From Laetmonice hystrix (Eukaryota), in contig OZ249436.1 of assembly GCA_965235115.1 (NCBI GenBank), positions 24,678,001 to 24,742,000 of the forward strand: a DNA stretch of 64,000 nt, read 5' to 3'. Under the pieces are notes generated by a model. That model made no database searches, had not been told where the DNA came from, and worked only from the letters and a program-made list of their open reading frames with translations. Positions 55,601-64,000 of the stretch are shown here, one piece after another (the stretch's first letter is position 1; each line of letters begins with the position of its first letter). A program made the translations under genes and the position numbers.

Positions 55601-58600
55601 GCCCAGCTAACAGCACAAATAACAGGATTCAGGGCTTCCTACCACGTTACAAGTCACAATAGATTGCTGCCTGTCGTAAAAATATACCAGACCATTTTAA
55701 AAAGTCACAGAACCCCAATCCGGCCCTAATATGTCACTCCCAGTACCAATACACTCTGGAAGCACCATCAACTGAAATTCAGGCCTAGAACCCACCTCTC
55801 TCTACCAATATCATGCACCTAGTCCGTATACGAGGTTGTAATTTACTTTAATCAACGGGCTGCGCCGCAGCAACCCACTCTGGTCTTTGCAATCTTTTTC
55901 AATATGCGTTAACATTTGTAACCAGCTCAACGCGCCTTGTAAAATTTTTCAAAGTGCGTAAAAGTGTGTGTCCACCCCGACACGCTTTCCAAACCACTAT
56001 ACCCACCGAGCGACATCCACTCAAATACAGGCTTCGACCGATCCTCACTGTGCCAATAATCCGCCACAAGGCAAATTCAGTCAATGCAAGCTGGAAAATC
56101 GAATGTCAAACCTAATGCTCCCCCCCCCAGCACGTTAACTGAAAATAATCAACTAGCTTGAAAACTAGAATATAGCTTTGTTAAGCTAACAATCTACTCT
56201 CCCAGCGCCATCAACTCGCATACAGGCGTAAAAGCAAACGCACTGCCCCATATAATGCTCCCAGCCTAAAACGATGTTGCAATTAATTTAAAATTAACAA
56301 GATGCACTAGTAATCCGATCCAAGCCTAATTATGTCATTGCTAGTTTCATAACCAAATCTCACAGAAAATACCCCACCCGCGCACATAACCTGAAAATAT
56401 TCAACTTTTATCTCCAATGTATCCCTGTGCACCTAGTAGCACCCAAGCGGGCCCAATTTTGACATTCCAACACAAATACCGCAAATACCCGCCTAATGGC
56501 ACAAAAAACTTTCTACCCCGTTGCAAGTCACATTAGCTTGCTGCTTGTCGTAAAAAATGGTGCAGACCATTTCTAAAGTCACAGTACCCCACTCCCGGCC
56601 TAATATTACGTTTCAGTATCCATATACGCTGCAAGCGGCAGGAACTCGAATACAGGCCTAAAAGTAACCCCAGTCTAGCAATATCATACTCTCATGCCAT
56701 ATACGAGCTTGTAATTATCTTTAAATAATGGGCTCCGCAGCACTAACCCACTGCATTAACATTTGTTTAACAGCTTAACGCACCTTGTAAAAAATTTTCA
56801 AGTGCGTAAAAATGCGTGTCCACCTCCACATACTTTAAAAATCACTATACCCACCCAGCGACATTCACTCTAATACACGCCTAAGAGGAACTTCACTGTC
56901 CCATTTGATTCTCCAGCACGTATAGGATGTTTCAAGTAACATTTATCCACGGTCTGGCCCAATAACGTGCAACAAGGCATAGTAAGTCAATGCGACCTCG
57001 CATGTCAAACCTAACCCGCCCCCCAGCACATGAGCTGGAGATATTCAAATAGCTTGAAAACTAGAATATAGCTTTGCTTAATACCATTATACCATCAACT
57101 CGCATTACAGGCCTAATGCGAAGCTCCCAGCCTAAAACGAGTTTCCAATTAATTTAAAGTTAACAAGATGCACTAATAATCGATTCCAAGCCTAATTAGG
57201 CCATTGCTAGTTGGATAACCAAATCTCATACAAAATACACCCTCCCGGCAGATGACCTGAGAATATTCAACTCTTATGTCCGATATATCCCTGTCCGCTT
57301 AGTAGCACCCAGCCGGGCCCCCATTTTGACATTGCAACACCAATACAGCAAGTGCCCAGCTAACAGCACAAATAACAGGATTCAGGGCTTCCTACCACGT
57401 TACAAGTCACAATAGATTGCTGCCTGTCGTAAAAATATACCAGACCATTTTAAAAAGTCACAGAACCCCAATCCGGCCCTAATATGTCACTCCCAGTACC
57501 AATAGACGCTGGAAGCACCATCAACTGAAATTCAGGCCTAGAACCCACCTCTCTCTACCAATATCATGCACCTAGTCCGTATACGAGGTTGTAATTTACT
57601 TTAATCAACGGGCTGCGCCGCAGCAACCCACTCTGGTCTTTGCAATCTTTTTCAATATGCGTTAACATTTGTGACCAGCTCAACGCGCCTTGTAAAATTT
57701 TTCAAAGTGCGTAAAAGTGTGTGTCCACCCCGACACGCTTTCCAAACCACTATACCCACCGAGCGACATCCACTCAAATACAGGCTTCGACCGATCCTCA
57801 CTGTGCCAATAATCCGCCACAAGGCAAATTCAGTCAATGCAAGCTGGAAAATCGAATGTCAAACCTAATGCTCCCCCCCCCCCCCCAGCACGTTAACTGA
57901 AAATAATTAACTAGCTTGAAAACTAGAATATAGCTTTGTTAAGCTAACAATCTACTCTCCCAGCGCCATCAACTCGCATACAGGCGTAAAAGCAAACGCA
58001 CTGCCCCATATAATGCTCCCAGCCTAAAACGATGTTGCAATTAATTTAAAATTAACAAGATGCACTAGTAATCCGATCCAAGCCTAATTACGTCATTGCT
58101 AGTTTCATAACCAAATCTCACAGAAAATACCCCACCCGCGCACATAACCTGAAAATATTCAACTTTTATCTCCAATGTATCCCTGTGCACCTAGTAGCAC
58201 CCAAGCGGGCCCAATTTTGACATTCCAACACAAATACCGCAAATACCCGCCTAATGGCACAAAAAACTTTCTACCCCGTTGCAAGTCACATTAGCTTGCT
58301 GCTTGTCGTAAAAAATGGTGCAGACCATTTCTAAAGTCACAGTACCCCACTCCCGGCCTAATATTACGTTTCAGTATCCATATACGCTGCAAGCGGCAGG
58401 AACTCGAATACAGGCCTAAAAGTAACCCCAGTCTAGCAATATCATACTCTCATGCCATATACGAGCTTGTAATTATCTTTAATTAATGGGCTCCGCAGCA
58501 CCAACCCACTGCATTAACATTTGTTTAACAGCTTAACGCACCTTGTAAAAAATTTTCAAGTGCGTAAAAATGCGTGTCCACTTCCACATACTTTAAAAAT

Positions 58601-59650
58601 CACTATACCCACCCAGCGACATTCACTCTAATACACGCCTAAGAGGAACTTCACTGTCCCATTTGATTCTCCAGCACGTATAGGATGTTTCAAGTAACAT
58701 TTATCCACGGTCTGGCCCAATAACGTGCAACAAGGCATAGTAAGTCAATGCGACCTCGCATGTCAAACCTAACCCGCCCCCCAGCACATGAGCTGGAGAT
58801 ATTCAAATAGCTTGAAAACTAGAATATAGCTTTGCTTAATACCATTATACCATCAACTCGCATTACAGGCCTAATGCGAAGCTCCCAGCCTAAAACGAGT
58901 TTCCAATTAATTTAAAGTTAACAAGATGCACTAATAATCGATTCCAAGCCTAATTAGGCCATTGCTAGTTGGATAACCAAATCTCATACAAAATACACCC
59001 TCCCGGCAGATGACCTGAGAATATTCAACTCTTATGTCCGATATATCCCTGTCCGCTTAGTAGCACCCAGCCGGGCCCCCATTTTGACATTGCAACACCA
59101 ATACAGCAAGTGCCCAGCTAACAGCACAAATAACAGGATTCAGGGCTTCCTACCACGTTACAAGTCACAATAGATTGCTGCCTGTCGTAAAAATATACCA
59201 GACCATTTTAAAAAGTCACAGAACCCCAATCCGGCCCTAATATGTCACTCCCAGTACCAATAGACGCTGGAAGCACCATCAACTGAAATTCAGGCCTAGA
59301 ACCCACCTCTCTCTACCAATATCATGCACCTAGTCCGTATACGAGGTTGTAATTTACTTTAATCAACGGGCTGCGCCGCAGCAACCCACTCTGGTCTTTG
59401 CAATCTTTTTCAATATGCGTTAACATTTGTGACCAGCTCAACGCGCCTTGTAAAATTTTTCAAAGTGCGTAAAAGTGTGTGTCCACCCCGACACGCTTTC
59501 CAAACCACTATACCCACCGAGCGACATCCACTCAAATACAGGCTTTGACCGATCCTCACTGTGCCAATAATCCGCCACAAGGCAAATTCAGTCAATGCAA
59601 GCTGGAAAATCGAATGTCAAACCTAATGCTCCCCCCCCCCAGCACGTTAA

Positions 59651-60180
59651 AGGGGCATGCTATGAAACACGTTTTTTTAGATTTCCGGCAATTATCCAAC
59701 ATGATCGTGTGCTAGGTATCCAAGTAAATAATCCTACCACAGCATTTTGTCCTCCGACGTGTTTTCCCTGCGTATGCAGCACAAGTAGATTCTATACGAC
59801 CAAACCTATAGATTTCTCCCGATAGCACATCTCCCGCCATAATTTGCTATAGACAACCTCCCATCAACCCGTGTAATTGCATACTGTGTCAAATCCTGCG
59901 TGTGCACTCTCTGCATGTGCTTAGTCACGTGCTTCGCTTAGTTGTAAACAATTCAGCAGTTGCACTCGATCGTCCGGCATCAGAATGCCACCCAAAAAAT
60001 ATTTTACTAAATCGGCAGAAAAGCGGGCAAGGGAGCTTCATAAACTTCGATTTCTCACACAAAATGAAACTGATAAGTCTGTCTTTGTTTACCACGCAAT
60101 ATTAATGAAGGATCTCTTTATGAAAACAGCAAAAGTTCTTAGAAATACCGATTTTTCACGTTTCCTCATAATATGCACCT
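59651..60180. mobile_element. 530-bp MITE-like Kolobok-type element, copy 2 (identical to copy 1 by eye, same site in the unit)
   Basis: TTAA at 59647-59650 and 60181-60184. Sequence, orientation and internal ORF translations match 52096-52625. Confidence 0.9.
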
Positions 60181-63100
60181 TTAACTGAAAATAATCAACT
60201 AGCTTGAAAACTAGAATATAGCTTTGTTAAGCTAACAATCTACTCTCCCAGCGCCATCAACTCGCATACAGGCGTAAAAGCAAACGCACTGCCCCATATA
60301 ATGCTCCCAGCCTAAAACGATGTTGCAATTAATTTAAAATTAACAAGATGCACTAGTAATCCGATCCAAGCCTAATTACGTCATTGCTAGTTTCATAACC
60401 AAATCTCACAGAAAATACCCCACCCGCGCACATAACCTGAAAATATTCAACTTTTATCTCCAATGTATCCCTGTGCACCTAGTAGCACCCAAGCGGGCCC
60501 AATTTTGACATTCCAACACAAATACCGCAAATACCCGCCTAATGGCACAAAAAACTTTCTACCCCGTTGCAAGTCACATTAGCTTGCTGCTTGTCGTAAA
60601 AAATGGTGCAGACCATTTCTAAAGTCACAGTACCCCACTCCCGGCCTAATATTACGTTTCAGTATCCATATACGCTGCAAGCGGCAGGAACTCGAATACA
60701 GGCCTAAAAGTAACCCCAGTCTAGCAATATCATACTCTCATGCCATATACGAGCTTGTAATTATCTTTAATTAATGGGCTCCGCAGCACCAACCCACTGC
60801 ATTAACATTTGTTTAACAGCTTAACGCACCTTGTAAAAAATTTTCAAGTGCGTAAAAATGCGTGTCCACCTCCACATACTTTAAAAATCACTATACCCAC
60901 CCAGCGACATTCACTCTAATACACGCCTAAGAGGAACTTCACTGTCCCATTTGATTCTCCAGCACGTATAGGATGTTTCAAGTAACATTTATCCACGGTC
61001 TGGCCCAATAACGTGCAACAAGGCATAGTAAGTCAATGCGACCTCGCATGTCAAACCTAACCCGCCCCCCAGCACATGAGCTGGAGATATTCAAATAGCT
61101 TGAAAACTAGAATATAGCTTTGCTTAATACCATTATACCATCAACTCGCATTACAGGCCTAATGCGAAGCTCCCAGCCTAAAACGAGTTTCCAATTAATT
61201 TAAAGTTAACAAGATGCACTAATAATCGATTCCAAGCCTAATTAGGCCATTGCTAGTTGGATAACCAAATCTCATACAAAATACACCCTCCCGGCAGATG
61301 ACCTGAGAATATTCAACTCTTATGTCCGATATATCCCTGTCCGCTTAGTAGCACCCAGCCGGGCCCCCATTTTGACATTGCAACACCAATACAGCAAGTG
61401 CCCAGCTAACAGCACAAATAACAGGATTCAGGGCTTCCTACCACGTTACAAGTCACAATAGATTGCTGCCTGTCGTAAAAATATACCAGACCATTTTAAA
61501 AAGTCACAGAACCCCAATCCGGCCCTAATATGTCACTCCCAGTACCAATAGACGCTGGAAGCACCATCAACTGAAATTCAGGCCTAGAACCCACCTCTCT
61601 CTACCAATATCATGCACCTAGTCCGTATACGAGGTTGTAATTTACTTTAATCAACGGGCTGCGCCGCAGCAACCCACTCTGGTCTTTGCAATCTTTTTCA
61701 ATATGCGTTAACATTTGTGACCAGCTCAACGCGCCTTGTAAAATTTTTCAAAGTGCGTAAAAGTGTGTGTCCACCCCGACACGCTTTCCAAACCACTATA
61801 CCCACCGAGCGACATCCACTCAAATACAGGCTTCGACCGATCCTCACTGTGCCAATAATCCGCCACAAGGCAAATTCAGTCAATGCAAGCTGGAAAATCG
61901 AATGTCAAACCTAATGCTCCCCCCCCAGCACGTTAACTGAAAAAAATCAACTAGCTTGAAAACTAGAATATAGCTTTGTTTAGCTAACAATCTACTCTCC
62001 CAGCGCCATCAACTCGCATACAGGCGTAAAAGCAAACGCACTGCCCCATATAATGCTCCCAGCCTAAGACGATGTTGCAATTAATTTAAGATTAACAAGA
62101 TGCACTAGTAATCCGATCCAAGCCTAATTACGTCATTGCTAGTTTCATAACCAAATCTCACAGAAAATACCCCACCCGCGCACATAACCTGAAAATATTC
62201 AACTTTTATCTCCAATGTATCCCTGTGCACCTAGTAGCACACAAGCGGGCCCAATTTTGACATCCCAACACAAATACCGCAAATACCCGCCTAATGGCAC
62301 AAAAAACTTTCTACCCCGTTGCAAGTCACATTAGCGTGCTGCTTGTCGTAAAAAATGGTGCAGACCATTTCTAAAGTCACAGTACCCCACTCCCGTCCTA
62401 ATATTACGTTTCAGTATCCATATACGCTGCAAGCGGCAGGAACTCGAATACAGGCCTAAAAGTAACCTCAGTCTAGCAATATCATACTCCCATGCCATAT
62501 ACGAGCTTGTAATTATCTTTAATTAATGGGCTCCGCAGCACCAACCCACTGCATTAACATTTGTTTAACAGCTTAACGCACCTTGTAAAATTTTTTTAAG
62601 TGCGTAAAAATGCGTGTCCACCTCCACATACTTTAAAAATCACTATACCCACCCAGCGACATCCACTCTAATACACGCCTAAAAGGAACTTCACTGTCCC
62701 ATTTGATTCTCCAGCACGTATAGGATGTTTCAAGTAACATTCATCCACGGTCTGGCCCAATAACGTGCAACAAGGCATAGTAAGTCAATGCGAGCTCGCA
62801 TGTCAAACCTAACCCGCCCCCAAGCACATGAGCTGAAAATATTCAAATAGCTTGAAAACTAGAATATAGCTTTGCTTAATACCATTATACCATCAACTCG
62901 CATTACAGGCCTAATGCGAAGCTCCCAGCCTAAAACGAGTTTCCAATTAATTTAAAGTTAACAAGATGCACTAATAATCGATTCCAAGCCTAATTAGGCC
63001 ATTGCTAGTTGGATAACCAAATCTCATACAAAATACACCCTCCCGGCAGATGACCTGAGAATATTCAACTCTTATGTCCGATATATCCCTGTCCGCTTTG

Positions 63101-64000
63101 TAGCACCCAGCCGGGCCCCCATTTTGACATTGCAACACCAATACAGCAAGTGCCCAGCTAACAGCACAAATAACAGGATTCAGGGCTTCCTACCACGTTA
63201 CGAGTCACAATAGATTGCTGCCTGTCGTAAAAATATACCAGACCATTTTAAAAAGTCACAGAACCCCAATCCGGCCCTAATATGTCACTCCCAGTACCAA
63301 TACACTCTGGAAGCACCATCAACTGAAATTCAGGCCTAGAACCCACCTCTCTCTACCAATATCATGCACCTAGTCCGTATACGAGGTTGTAATTTACTTT
63401 AATCAACGGGCTGCGCCGCAGCAACCCACTCTGGTCTTTGCAATCTTTTTCAATATGCGTTAACATTTGTAACCAGCTCAACGCGCCTTGTAAAATTTTT
63501 CAAAGTGCGTAAAAGTGTGTGTCCACCCCGACACGCTTTCCAAACCACTATACCCACCGAGCGACATCCACTCAAATACAGGCTTCGACCGATCCTCACT
63601 GTGCCAATAATCCGCCACAAGGCAAATTCAGTCAATGCAAGCTGGAAAATCGAATGTCAAACCTAATGCTCCCCCCCCCCCAGCACGTTAACTGAAAATA
63701 ATCAACTAGCTTGAAAACTAGAATATAGCTTTGTTAAGCTAACAATCTACTCTTCCAGCGCCATCAACTCGCATACAGGCGTAAAAGCAAACGCACTGCC
63801 CCATATAATGCTCCCAGCCTAAAACGATGTTGCAATTAATTTAAAATTAACAAGATGCACTAGTAATCCGATCCAAGCCTAATTACGTCATTGCTAGTTT
63901 CATAACCAAATCTCACAGAAAATACCCCACCCGCGCACATAACCTGAAAATATTCAACTTTTATCTCCAATGTATCCCTGTGCACCTAGTAGCACCCAAG

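Larger units (their letters stand above)
46471..61578. repeat. Tandem duplication of a 4-unit block (~7.55 kb; 46471-54023 and 54024-61578), boundaries approximate
   Basis: Private variants recur at ~7555-bp offset: TAATTATGTC (48777/56333), AATAATTAACTAG (50353/57908), long poly-C (15/14), and the 530-bp element (52096/59651). Confidence 0.92.
1..64000. repeat. Tandem satellite/macrosatellite array, unit ~1.75 kb, 35 full copies plus 1 partial; runs off both window ends
   Basis: The unit start CAGGCCTAGAACCCACCTCTC recurs at 1, 1753, 3507, 6392 ... 46471, 54024, 61579, 63331. The same short ORF recurs at ~1752-1759 bp spacing except across insertions or deletions. Units differ only by scattered SNPs and homopolymer lengths. 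Confidence 0.99.

Noticed and set aside
1..64000. CRISPR-like array
   Set aside because: There are no short repeats with unique spacers; the entire unit is repeated and no cas genes are present.

Overview
The whole 64-kb window is a head-to-tail, highly homogeneous tandem array (satellite/macrosatellite-like, most likely eukaryotic). It holds 35 complete copies and one partial copy of a ~1,752-1,759 bp unit. I see no credible protein-coding or RNA gene; the recurring 60-100 aa ORFs come from the repeat. The unit is hierarchical: two diverged halves of ~871 and ~881 bp, each with ~435-bp sub-periodicity, and traces of a ~220-bp monomer. Each half carries a conserved ~30-bp dyad. The array is interrupted by two unrelated non-coding insertions, both with TTAA target-site duplications and AG...CT termini (Kolobok-type rather than piggyBac-type). 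One is 1,129 bp (3911-5039), has almost no TIR and carries a promoter-like motif cluster. The other is 530 bp with imperfect 15-bp TIRs and occurs twice (52096-52625, 59651-60180) because a 4-unit, ~7.55-kb block of the array was duplicated. Two units share a 131-bp deletion, and SNP haplotypes show multi-unit duplications and mosaic units. All comparisons were made by eye; no database search was run.
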